This document shows positions 10,131 to 19,335 of a stretch of 64,000 bases of DNA, piece after piece. Under the pieces are notes generated by a model that saw nothing but the letters and a program-made list of their open reading frames with translations, had not been told where the DNA came from and did no database searches. Made by a program: the position numbers and the translations under genes. Numbering within the stretch: position 1 is the stretch's first letter; each line of letters opens with the position of its first letter. Source of the DNA: Candidatus Berkelbacteria bacterium (GTDB lineage: Bacteria > Patescibacteriota > UBA1384 > 2-12-FULL-50-11); the NCBI GenBank assembly GCA_016213365.1, contig JACRAP010000023.1:15871-79870 (forward strand), read 5' to 3'.

Positions 10131-10504
10131 TTCTTAGCGCTCTTTTTTGCTTTAGTTGTTTTTTTGGGTTCTGCAGCTTTTTTTGGTTCAACCGCTTTTG
10201 GCGAAACTTTTGCGCTTTTTAGACCGATAGAAACTACTTCCAGATTTGTTAGTAATTGTCGGTGGCCGTAGCGTTTTAAATATCGAACTTTGTTTTTAAA
10301 CTTTAAGCCGTTAATTTTTTCGCCTTTTGAGTGATCTTTAACTTTCAATGTTACTTTTTCGCCGTGCAACAGATCTTCGGCAACGATAGTTTCGCCTTCT
10401 TGATTGGGCATACGGTTAACGGAAACATTCGCACCTTCAACAACCAGCCGCTGTGAGCCGTTTAATTTGATAATCGCGATTTTTTTAGTGTTGGTATTTT
10501 CCAT
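10127..10504 (-). CDS. rplU: 50S ribosomal protein L21 with a Lys-rich C-terminal extension
   Basis: Aligns with L21: GEKINGLKFKNKVRYLKRYGHRQLLTNLEVVSI matches [33 protein letters not shown]. Overlaps the secE start by 4 nt. Confidence 0.8.
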   Translation of the reverse strand: MENTNTKKIAIIKLNGSQRLVVEGANVSVNRMPNQEGETIVAEDLLHGEKVTLKVKDHSKGEKINGLKFKNKVRYLKRYGHRQLLTNLEVVSIGLKSAKVSPKAVEPKKAAEPKKTTKAKKSAKK

Positions 10505-10553
10505 TGCTTAACAGATATCATTGTACTAAAAACAGATTAGTCCGTCAACGCTA

Positions 10554-11669
10554 CTAGGATTTATATTTAGCCATATGATGTCGGATATTGATACTTTGCA
10601 AAATACCGATTGACGCCATATCAATTACTAATGCCGTACCGCCGTAACTCATAAACGGCAACGGGATTCCAGTAACTGGCATAATGCCGATATTCATTCC
10701 GATGTGTACAAAAGATTGAAAAGCAAATTTACTAGCAATCCCGATCGCTAAATATTTTCCAAACAAGTCGGTACTATCCCTGGCAATATTGACCGATCGA
10801 TACACCAGCACAAAATATAACAACACTAAAAACGACGAACCAATAAATCCGGTCGCTTCGGCGTATCCGGCGAAAATAAAATCGGCGTGCGGAACCGGCA
10901 AAAAGTTTAAGACTGTCTGCGAGCCCTGCCCAAATCCTTTACCCATTAAACCACCCGACCCAACAGCAATAATCGCCTGACTAACGTTATAACCCGCGCC
11001 TTGCGGATCGCTTCCCGGATTAAGAAAAGTCTGAACGCGCCTAACTTGATAAGGTTTTAGATTTGAATAAAGTGTTGGGAGTAAGATTAATACTATAATT
11101 GTTAAACTAAGTAGTAATTTATACGACGGCCTAGAAGCAAGGAAAATTGAACTCATAACCACAAGTACAACCGAAGCCGTACCTAAATCAGGTTGGAGTA
11201 CAATTAATCCAAACGAAACAATTGTTATTAACAAATAAACAATTAGCGTAATTGGCTTAACGTTTCCTTCTTTACTGGCGATAAACTTTGCGGCAAAAAT
11301 CGCCGCAGTTAACTTTAATATTTCTGCCGGTTGAAATTGAATCACTCCAAAATCAAGCCATCGATGAGCGCCAAAAACCTTCAACACAAACGGAATTTTG
11401 CTTGCCCAAAAAGGCAATAACGGCACCAATAGTGCAAGCGTAAGGATAAATATTATCCAGCTGTAATTTCCAAGCTGGCGATAATCGGTAAACATAAATA
11501 CAATAAGTAGTATTAAGCCAAAGATTCCGAACATCGCCTGACTAAGGGCTAAACTGGTACCGTTATTGGCAAATGTAATTGTGTATATCGTTACTGCCCC
11601 AACAGTAATCAGCAAAATTGTGATAATCAAGATTACCCAATCGATCGGCTGTTCAAAAAATTTGCGCAT
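10554..11669 (-). CDS. rodA: SEDS family peptidoglycan glycosyltransferase (RodA-like)
   Basis: FtsW/RodA/SpoVE family membrane protein with 10 TM helices and the C-terminal SYGGTALV motif. A second SEDS paralog (FtsW) sits in the dcw cluster. Confidence 0.85.
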   Translation of the reverse strand: MRKFFEQPIDWVILIITILLITVGAVTIYTITFANNGTSLALSQAMFGIFGLILLIVFMFTDYRQLGNYSWIIFILTLALLVPLLPFWASKIPFVLKVFGAHRWLDFGVIQFQPAEILKLTAAIFAAKFIASKEGNVKPITLIVYLLITIVSFGLIVLQPDLGTASVVLVVMSSIFLASRPSYKLLLSLTIIVLILLPTLYSNLKPYQVRRVQTFLNPGSDPQGAGYNVSQAIIAVGSGGLMGKGFGQGSQTVLNFLPVPHADFIFAGYAEATGFIGSSFLVLLYFVLVYRSVNIARDSTDLFGKYLAIGIASKFAFQSFVHIGMNIGIMPVTGIPLPFMSYGGTALVIDMASIGILQSINIRHHMAKYKS

Positions 11670-11670
11670 T

Positions 11671-12084
11671 TTAGCTATCTAGGGCGATATTACCCAGTTT
11701 ATCGGCACGAGCGTTGTCGCTACGTCGAACGGCTGTAAAAGTTACAGTATTACCCTTAGCAACTAACTTATTTTTCAGATCAATAATTGCATCAAAATGG
11801 GGCTTTAATAGCATATCTTTAACTTTATACTGGCCGTTTAATTGTTTTACCATAAGTTCGCTATCAGCAAAACATTTAATGTTATAGTCTGAAAGTAGGT
11901 GCTCGTTTACTGCGCTAAGTGCGGCCACAAGCGCCTGATACTCCGCCTGATTATTAGTTGTAATACCGATCTTTTCGCCAAATTCGATATCGTGATTTGC
12001 TAAACCTTCAATAACATATGCGATCGCGGCGTTACCCGGGTTGCCCCTAGATGCGCCGTCGGTATGAATAATAATCTCTTGCAT
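11671..12084 (-). CDS. rnhA: Ribonuclease HI-like protein
   Basis: DEDD residues in RNase H context: HTDGASRGNPG, TNNQAEY, CFADSEL and SDNARAD. 137 aa. Confidence 0.75.
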   Translation of the reverse strand: MQEIIIHTDGASRGNPGNAAIAYVIEGLANHDIEFGEKIGITTNNQAEYQALVAALSAVNEHLLSDYNIKCFADSELMVKQLNGQYKVKDMLLKPHFDAIIDLKNKLVAKGNTVTFTAVRRSDNARADKLGNIALDS

Positions 12085-12118
12085 TGGTTACCAGTATGCC
12101 AGAAAGATTACAGATAAG

Positions 12119-12994
12119 CTATGGTTTGATGTTGCCGGTTCCGCTATATGCGTTAAATTCGTAAATACCGATTAATTTATCGCTAGTTCGATCAACTAAA
12201 GCCACTAACGTTCGCTTTGCGTTACCGTAATAACCAGTAGCGGTGATGGTTGTATTAAGCGAGTCAAATTCAATTGGTGGGTTAGTACTTCCACTTACAG
12301 ACGCTTCGAATGTAATATCACAGTAATATGGGGTAAACCTAACTTGTAAAACATTTGAAGCACTATTAATAAGAATTGGCGTTGTGCTGTCAGTTGACCA
12401 AGTACCGGTGTTATTAAAATTAGCTACAATATTCTGAATATTATTTGTGGAATCCAATATTTGGATTTGTACAAAAGAGGAGTCTTTTCCGCTACCGACT
12501 GCAACGCCATCGTCTACGCAGGTCGTATCAGTTCTTTTAAAGAATAAATTTAAATATACCGAGTCTGCCACCTGAGTAAATCCAGATAGTGTTATAGTGC
12601 TATTTCTAATTAACTCACGTGTTTCAATTTTGTTGGTTTTATATTCTATTCCTAAATCATAACTTTGCTGATTAGCTTTTTGTTTAAAGTTTGTGCCGTC
12701 AGTTCCTGCGCGCAAATCATACTTAAACTCGCTACCTTTAGGAATTTCTACGTTTTTACTGGTTCGGTAACGAAGTAGCCCGTCTTCAATACCGGCTTTG
12801 GCAGCATAATAGGCGTATAAATTATCTTCTTCGCTATTGGCTTGATTGTATTGAACCAGCACAATTCTTTGAGTGCCAAAAATAACGGTAATAATGCCTG
12901 CAACCACTAACAGTACTAAAATTAAACTACTTGCGCGTTGTTTTTGTTTCATTAATATACTCCAGGAACTATTGTTGTTCTTAAATTGTAACAT
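12119..12994 (-). CDS. Hypothetical N-terminally membrane-anchored protein in the pilus operon (PilX/PilW-like minor component?)
   Basis: Single N-terminal TM (ASSLILVLLVVAGIITVIF), Ser/Thr/Asn-rich beta-type remainder. The likely real start is the internal Met (MKQKQ, about 12952), overlapping the upstream pilin stop. Confidence 0.4.
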   Translation of the reverse strand: MLQFKNNNSSWSILMKQKQRASSLILVLLVVAGIITVIFGTQRIVLVQYNQANSEEDNLYAYYAAKAGIEDGLLRYRTSKNVEIPKGSEFKYDLRAGTDGTNFKQKANQQSYDLGIEYKTNKIETRELIRNSTITLSGFTQVADSVYLNLFFKRTDTTCVDDGVAVGSGKDSSFVQIQILDSTNNIQNIVANFNNTGTWSTDSTTPILINSASNVLQVRFTPYYCDITFEASVSGSTNPPIEFDSLNTTITATGYYGNAKRTLVALVDRTSDKLIGIYEFNAYSGTGNIKP

Positions 12995-13608
12995 CTACCG
13001 CTTGTTGTTTGTCCGGACGCAAAACACTGTGTTAATTCAGCGTCTTTTGTTGTAACATCGATAGCTACCGAACCTGATAAACTAGAGGTTGATAATTTAT
13101 GAGTTACAGTCATTTTCGTAAGTCCGTAATCAATTAGATACTGTCCCTGATTTAAATTTGATCCATCGCCGATTGCTGCTCTAGTTAGCGGGCAGTTAGT
13201 AACTGTGTTAGAATCTATACCACTTAATTCGTCAATAATTTCGCAATCTCTCACTTCCGCAACCCTAACTCGACCGTTAATTGCAAATCGATATTTTTTG
13301 ACTGTATAATTTGAATCTCCTGGATATTTTAGTAATAAACTTAGATCTTTTTCTGCATCGCGATAACAAAATCCTAAATATTCGAGGTTTTCGGTACAAA
13401 ACGGCGGGTGGGTTTTAATATCCACATACCTTAAATCGTTAGCAATTTGATCGATGATACTGCGTGTTACTTGGGTTTGTTCCCTAACAGCATTAGATTT
13501 ATTAGCAGAATTTGCGCTACGAGCAAAAACACCGATCGATAAAATAATAAGTCCTGAAAAAATTGCGATCGACACAAGTACTTCGATTAATGTAAATCCC
13601 CTATTCAT
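12952..13608 (-). CDS. Type IV minor pilin / pseudopilin (prepilin N-terminal methylation motif)
   Basis: MNRGFTLIEVLVSIAIF has the class III signal G|FTLIE. Confidence 0.75.
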   Translation of the reverse strand: MNRGFTLIEVLVSIAIFSGLIILSIGVFARSANSANKSNAVREQTQVTRSIIDQIANDLRYVDIKTHPPFCTENLEYLGFCYRDAEKDLSLLLKYPGDSNYTVKKYRFAINGRVRVAEVRDCEIIDELSGIDSNTVTNCPLTRAAIGDGSNLNQGQYLIDYGLTKMTVTHKLSTSSLSGSVAIDVTTKDAELTQCFASGQTTSGRCYNLRTTIVPGVY

Positions 13609-14339
13609 TAGTTTTGCTCAAAACCTTTCCAGTTTGTAAGTAAGGTCGACATTTCAGTAGTTTTCCACTCACCGCGATCTTCCCAAATTATTACAGAGCG
13701 AACCCGGACCACATTACCGGGTAATACAAAATAGTCCGAAACTCCCGTGGGTTTATTTTTATTTAACGACTCCTTTGAGGCGATACAGTAATTATCTGCG
13801 CTATCACAGTCGCTGTAACCCTGTAATCTATTACCGTCCTTTTTATCAGCGTAAGTTTCCGCACCTTCTACCTCGGCGTTACAATCAACAAAATCTTCGG
13901 ATGTGTAGCTTTTGGCGCCGTAAGCTTCGATACAAATTAATCTGTAACCAGTAAGACCGGATGTACTAGTAATTACTGCACCGGTCAGTTGTGATTCTTG
14001 TGCAGTAAGTCCATCAAACGTTAGTCTTTTTTGTAAGCTAGTTTTAGTTGCAGAAGTGGAACTTACGCTATACCACCCATACTCATCGGAACTGACCGCC
14101 GGAGCAAACCAAACTTTTTCACTATTTACCAAAACACCACCGGAAGCAACGTTGTCGTTTCTGACTTTTGTAACAAGCTCTAATCCTTCGCTCGCCCAGC
14201 GATTTGTTTCGGTGTTATCGGCAGTTTGACTGGTTCCTTGAATGATCGTATTTGTAAGCCCAGCAACGGCGCCAGCCACCATAAACAAAATACCGGCGGC
14301 TATAAGTACTTCTATTAATGTAAATCCCCTCTTTTGCAT
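13608..14339 (-). CDS. Type IV minor pilin (prepilin-type N-terminal cleavage/methylation domain)
   Basis: MQKRGFTLIEVLIAAGILFMVAG. Confidence 0.75.
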   Translation of the reverse strand: MQKRGFTLIEVLIAAGILFMVAGAVAGLTNTIIQGTSQTADNTETNRWASEGLELVTKVRNDNVASGGVLVNSEKVWFAPAVSSDEYGWYSVSSTSATKTSLQKRLTFDGLTAQESQLTGAVITSTSGLTGYRLICIEAYGAKSYTSEDFVDCNAEVEGAETYADKKDGNRLQGYSDCDSADNYCIASKESLNKNKPTGVSDYFVLPGNVVRVRSVIIWEDRGEWKTTEMSTLLTNWKGFEQN

Positions 14340-14340
14340 A

Positions 14341-14943
14341 TTAATTAAACTTAAAACTTAACTTTCCGGTAACGTTATTCACACTTAGCGTGGCAGTTTT
14401 TTCGCCGTTATTCAAGCTAAGATCTGAAAAATCTATCCAGCTAGAATAGACAATATTTTGCGGATCGACAATTTCAATTCCAACATTTGGCGTATACTGG
14501 GCTTTAAATAGTTGCTGGGTTGGTACTTTAAATAATACAAAGACAGGACTAGTTGTTTGGTGTGTAACACCGTTACTTAACGGAATTTTTTCAACTACAC
14601 AATCCCCATATGTTTGTGAAATAACTTCTGAATTTGTAAAACTTGATATTTTACACGTTGCGGTGGGGTTATCAGTTGTATCATCAACTCTTAATATGTA
14701 GACATCTTTATTACTATCAGACGGAAAGTAAAGGGCGTAATAGCCCTTGCCGCTGTCGAACTGTTGAGTTGAGCCAGCAAGTAATCGAACTTGTTCGAGT
14801 TTTGCCTGGAGTAACTGGGCATCGTTGGCGATATTGTTTTTAGATAGCGAGCGGTTGATATTTGGAATTAATAGCGTCGCCATTAAAGCGATAATCGCGA
14901 TTGTGATAAGTACTTCAATTAAAGTAAATGCTTTTTTTATCAT
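14341..14943 (-). CDS. Type IV minor pilin
   Basis: MIKKAFTLIEVLITIAIIALMATLLIP. Confidence 0.75.
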   Translation of the reverse strand: MIKKAFTLIEVLITIAIIALMATLLIPNINRSLSKNNIANDAQLLQAKLEQVRLLAGSTQQFDSGKGYYALYFPSDSNKDVYILRVDDTTDNPTATCKISSFTNSEVISQTYGDCVVEKIPLSNGVTHQTTSPVFVLFKVPTQQLFKAQYTPNVGIEIVDPQNIVYSSWIDFSDLSLNNGEKTATLSVNNVTGKLSFKFN

Positions 14944-15713
14944 TAACTACTCAACCCCAGATACCAGCGTAACAAATACTCACCCCAAAACAAAGCAACA
15001 ATTGCACCGGCTACTAAAAACGGCACAAATGGAACGGCTGATGTGGGCTTGGCTTTTTTGGTTAATATTAATATTGCTCCTATTAATCCGCCGCCGATAA
15101 ACGCAGTCGCGAGCATTACCCAAACGTTGGGGTACGCCACCAACAATCCTAGGGCCAGCGCAATTTTAATATCGCCCTTACCCATCCATTTTTCGCCAGA
15201 CGGATATACTAAAACTAAAATCGGTACAACGGCGGTGATTGCGCCTATTGCCAAGACGCTAACTTCGCCCCAATACATAAAACCAAAAATCGCAGCGAAT
15301 ATTATCAGTAAGTAGCTTAAAGTGTCGGAAACGAGCATTTCGCTTAAGTCTTGTACAATTAATATTACCAGCAAGGAAAAAATTACGATTAGTATTTTGG
15401 TTAAAATTATTTGAGTGGTTAAGTCGGCGCCAAAGCTTGAAATTAAAAACCAACTGCTTGCAGTCAAAATTCCCATTGCCAATTCAACAACTGGGTATTG
15501 GTACGAGATCGGCTTTTTACAGTATCTGCATTTGCCGGCAAGCATTAAGTAACTTACAAGTGGGATTAAATCGCCGGCATGGAGTTTATGACCGCATTTC
15601 GGGCATTTGGACCTACCAGTTACTGCCGAGCTTAAGTCGTCGAATCTTGCGATAACTACGTTTAGGAACGACCCAATAACTAAGCCGAAAATAAATAGTA
15701 CAAAGTAGGTCAT
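14943..15713 (-). CDS. pilD: Prepilin peptidase (A24 family) PilD
   Basis: N-terminal C4 zinc-binding CPKCGHKL...CRYCKK and a polytopic membrane protein with conserved Asp region. 256 aa. Confidence 0.9.
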   Translation of the reverse strand: MTYFVLFIFGLVIGSFLNVVIARFDDLSSAVTGRSKCPKCGHKLHAGDLIPLVSYLMLAGKCRYCKKPISYQYPVVELAMGILTASSWFLISSFGADLTTQIILTKILIVIFSLLVILIVQDLSEMLVSDTLSYLLIIFAAIFGFMYWGEVSVLAIGAITAVVPILVLVYPSGEKWMGKGDIKIALALGLLVAYPNVWVMLATAFIGGGLIGAILILTKKAKPTSAVPFVPFLVAGAIVALFWGEYLLRWYLGLSS

Positions 15714-15797
15714 AATTTTAGATTAACAGCATATCCGCAGAAGTGCTATTGCAATCAATCTTCATGGGATATTTCACCCTAGAATAGTTAATTACAA

Positions 15798-16385
15798 CTA
15801 TTGTGGGCCGTAAGTGACGAACAGTCTTTGGGATTCAACATTTGTTGTGCCAAGCGCACCAATTTGAATAGTTGTATTGGACGCGACACAACCAGAAATG
15901 CAGAGTTGGCTTGCGATTGGTTCGTAAGTGCCATTTCCATTCGTAACTAATCCATCAGACGAGCCACTATTTTTAGTTGTTTCTTGCTTGTTTTCAAGTT
16001 CCCACGCAAGTAGGTACTTTTCACCCCCTGTAGTGGTTCTAAATCTAGCAAATGTTCCACCGGACGGATCTGGATCTTTACACACTGACTCGCTACTCAT
16101 ATATCCGTTGTCAACTAAATCTGCCTTAAGACCACGGCAATGATTTCCATCGCCCGATACTTCCTGTAAGAATATTGTAGTTGATTTGATGGGATAAGAA
16201 TTTTTATCCACAGCATATTGCTCCATTGCTAGCGAAATTGCTTTCGCATTGTTCTTCCTTTGCGTATCTCGTGCTCTACGTTGTGCACCGCTTAGGGCAA
16301 CAATAATTAAAGCAGCAAGAATACCGATGATAGCGATAACTACCAACAGCTCGATTAAGGTGAAACCTTTGTTTTTATTTAGCAT
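15798..16385 (-). CDS. pilA: Type IVa major pilin PilA-like (paralog 1)
   Basis: [59 protein letters not shown], 195 aa, with C-terminal Cys residues. Confidence 0.8.
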   Translation of the reverse strand: MLNKNKGFTLIELLVVIAIIGILAALIIVALSGAQRRARDTQRKNNAKAISLAMEQYAVDKNSYPIKSTTIFLQEVSGDGNHCRGLKADLVDNGYMSSESVCKDPDPSGGTFARFRTTTGGEKYLLAWELENKQETTKNSGSSDGLVTNGNGTYEPIASQLCISGCVASNTTIQIGALGTTNVESQRLFVTYGPQ

Positions 16386-16461
16386 TTAATCCCTCCAATT
16401 GTTATTACAGCTTTTAGACTGTCTCTAGGAGAGCACGCTCCCCTAGTAGACAAACTAAGAG

Positions 16462-17025
16462 CTACTGTGGACCGTAAACAACGAAATATTTTACATTTGT
16501 AGTTGCATCAAGCCCTGTTAGGGTTAGCCCGTTAACTGTTAAGCTACCTGAAGTAGGTCCATATACACCATTACCCGACGTACCAGTTTTTGCGATTTCT
16601 TGGGTATTCTCAAGCAACCAAGCTAAAATATACGAAGACCCCAATGTTGCTGAACCCGTAGAGTAAGCAGCATAACTTGCTGTTTTTCCTGTAGTTGGAT
16701 CCTTACAAATTGCATTACTACTCATATAGGATGCGGTAATGAGCGTCGTAATCGCCGTAGGACAATCATAAGTTGGTACTGGGAAGTTTGCCTGAGCCGA
16801 AGCTGGATAAGAGCCGCTGTTATCCACAGCATATTGCTCCATTGCTAGCGAAATTGCTTTCGCATTATTCTTCCTTTGCGTATCTCGTGCTCTACGTTGT
16901 GCACCGCTTAGGGCAACAATAATTAAAGCAGCAAGAATACCGATGATAGCGATAACTACCAACAGCTCGATTAAGGTGAAACCTTTGTTTTTTATATTTA
17001 TTTTCATTTTTCTCCTTTCGGACAA
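16462..17025 (-). CDS. pilA: Type IVa major pilin PilA-like (paralog 2; first 60 aa identical to paralog 1, divergent C-terminal domain)
   Basis: Same N-terminal 60 aa. About 175 bp of DNA (16822..16995) is near-identical to 16205..16378. Confidence 0.8.
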   Translation of the reverse strand: MSERRKMKINIKNKGFTLIELLVVIAIIGILAALIIVALSGAQRRARDTQRKNNAKAISLAMEQYAVDNSGSYPASAQANFPVPTYDCPTAITTLITASYMSSNAICKDPTTGKTASYAAYSTGSATLGSSYILAWLLENTQEIAKTGTSGNGVYGPTSGSLTVNGLTLTGLDATTNVKYFVVYGPQ

Positions 17026-17148
17026 AATTTATACTTTAACTTTCGTCGACCGCCCCTCTCGGTTTGAAAAGATCGGTGAAAGCCCTCAAATACAATATCT
17101 ACCTTACAAAAATTCCTGTCAAGTTTTAGCAGATTTTACATATACAAA

Positions 17149-18219
17149 TTACTGAATTGCCCCGGCAAGGCCGTAAATCGGCACTATAATCGAGAACACT
17201 AAGAAGGCAACGCCAAGCCCTACGATAATAAACACGAGCGGTTCGATTAACGAAGCGAAATTTTTAGTTGATTGATTGGTTTCAGCTTCGTAAAAGTCGG
17301 CTAGCTTGCCTAATACTTGTTCAAGCTTACCGGTACGTTCACCGGCGGCGATCATTTCGGTAACGGTTGTTGGGAAGTCTTTATACTTCATCATCGTTTG
17401 TGAGATCGGTGCGCCACGCTCAACGTTGCGGGCAATTTGCTTGAGCGCTTCGCGGAAAATTACCGAATCCATTACTAAAGCTACGGAGTCAATCGCTTGG
17501 ATAATCGGCACTCCGGCTTGCATCATAATACCCAAAATCCTAGTAAATCGTGCCATCTCTAAATCTTTAATTAAAATTCCCACTACCGGCGTTTTAAATA
17601 ATAAATTATTGAGCACTCTTTGCCCCTCGATCGTCATTAAATACCTTGTAAGTAAGAAAATTAAAAACGCGATTGCGGCGATATAGATATACCAGTAATG
17701 GATAATAGAATTTGTAATTGTAACTACTAACTGGGTGGTCCACGGCAAGTCTAAGCCGGATTCGATAAAGACCGACTCTAGCGCCGGAACAATTCTGGTT
17801 ACCATAATTACACCGACAATAAACATCGATACCACAATTAACGCCGGGTATAACATCGCACCGATTACCCTGCTTCTAAAGGCGTAGTCACGCTCTAACT
17901 CGTCGGCAAGTAAATTTAGGGCAACGTCAAGCTTACCAGAAGATTCCCCGGCCGCTACAACAGAAACAAAAACGTGGTTGAAGATTTTCGGGTGTTTTTT
18001 GATCGCATCGGACAGTCTGTAACCGTTTTCAAGGTCGTTCACCAGTTCAATTAATGAGTCGTAAACAATTTGGTTTTTAGTTTGCTCTGAAAGCGATCTA
18101 ACGGTTTGTACTAACGGTAGCCCCGCATCAAGCATTACTGCCATCTGCCGAGCAATAAACGAGCGCTCTTTGGCAGAAACCCTATTTAGTACATTAAAAC
18201 TGAACTTTCGGTTTGACAT
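17149..18219 (-). CDS. pilC: Type IV pilus assembly platform protein PilC (GspF family)
   Basis: Two GspF repeats and three TM segments. 356 aa. Confidence 0.9.
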   Translation of the reverse strand: MSNRKFSFNVLNRVSAKERSFIARQMAVMLDAGLPLVQTVRSLSEQTKNQIVYDSLIELVNDLENGYRLSDAIKKHPKIFNHVFVSVVAAGESSGKLDVALNLLADELERDYAFRSRVIGAMLYPALIVVSMFIVGVIMVTRIVPALESVFIESGLDLPWTTQLVVTITNSIIHYWYIYIAAIAFLIFLLTRYLMTIEGQRVLNNLLFKTPVVGILIKDLEMARFTRILGIMMQAGVPIIQAIDSVALVMDSVIFREALKQIARNVERGAPISQTMMKYKDFPTTVTEMIAAGERTGKLEQVLGKLADFYEAETNQSTKNFASLIEPLVFIIVGLGVAFLVFSIIVPIYGLAGAIQ

Positions 18220-18223
18220 ATGT

Positions 18224-19291
18224 TTAATAAACCATCATTTTGAACGCTTTTGGATCGATCGCCCAAGATAGGGCGGTGTCGATTGTAATTTCTCCCCTAC
18301 TTACAAGTTCTGCCATTACTTTATCGAGCGAAATCATTCCCTCGGCGGCGGAAGTTTGGATAATATTGTTTAGTTGATGGGTTTTACCTTCGCGGATGGT
18401 GTTACGCACTGCCGAATTAGCAACCATTATTTCTGTTGCTAGAATTCGACCGGATTGAGCTCTTGGCAGAAGTCTTTGCGAAACAACGCCGAGCAATACG
18501 TTAGCAAGTTGCATTCTAACCTGTTGTTGTTGGTGTGGCGGAAAGACGTCGATAATTCTGTCTGCTGTTTGGGCGGCGCTGTTGGTATGAAGCGTGGTAA
18601 ATACAAGATGACCGGTTTCAGCCAGCGTTAAAGCGGCTTCGATCGTTTCTAGGTCGCGCATTTCACCAACTAGAACAACGTTTGGATCTTCACGCAAACT
18701 TGAACGCAAAGCACGGGCGAACGAGTTAGTGTCCGAACCGACTTCTCGTTGTACAATCATTGACTTTTTATGATCGAAAACGTATTCGATCGGATCTTCG
18801 ATGGTAATAATATGTTCGGCGCGCTTTTGGTTGATCGCTTCTATTAACGCCGCAAGCGTGGTCGATTTTCCGTGACCGGTTGGACCGGTAATAATCACAA
18901 AACCTTGACTTGGTTCGGTAAATCTTTCAAGAATCGGCGGAACCCCTAAATCTTCAAGACTTCTAATTACACGTGGGATTAAACGTAGGGCGACAGAAAT
19001 AGAACCTCTTTCGTAAAAGGCGTTGGTTCGAAAACGCATCGATTCGTAGCCGAACGAGAAGTCGATTTCACGACGTTGTTGTAGGCGCTCCATCTGTTCG
19101 GCGGTCATAATGCTCATAAGCAAGCGTTGGGCAGATTCTGGGGTAACAGGTGAGGCACCGTCAACTGGCATTAATTTACCGTCGATACGAATTGTTGGTG
19201 GCATACCAACTGTAATGTGTAAATCGCTTGAACCACGCGAAATAGCGGTGTCTAAAAGTTGCTTCATCTCTGCTGTCATTGCTTCTGTCAT
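18224..19291 (-). CDS. pilT: Twitching motility retraction ATPase PilT
   Basis: Walker A GPTGHGKSTT, Asp box, Walker B and His box. 355 aa, typical of PilT. Confidence 0.9.
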   Translation of the reverse strand: MTEAMTAEMKQLLDTAISRGSSDLHITVGMPPTIRIDGKLMPVDGASPVTPESAQRLLMSIMTAEQMERLQQRREIDFSFGYESMRFRTNAFYERGSISVALRLIPRVIRSLEDLGVPPILERFTEPSQGFVIITGPTGHGKSTTLAALIEAINQKRAEHIITIEDPIEYVFDHKKSMIVQREVGSDTNSFARALRSSLREDPNVVLVGEMRDLETIEAALTLAETGHLVFTTLHTNSAAQTADRIIDVFPPHQQQQVRMQLANVLLGVVSQRLLPRAQSGRILATEIMVANSAVRNTIREGKTHQLNNIIQTSAAEGMISLDKVMAELVSRGEITIDTALSWAIDPKAFKMMVY

Positions 19292-19335
19292 ATGTATACC
19301 TCACATTCTACGTTAATGATTGTTTTTAATTATGT

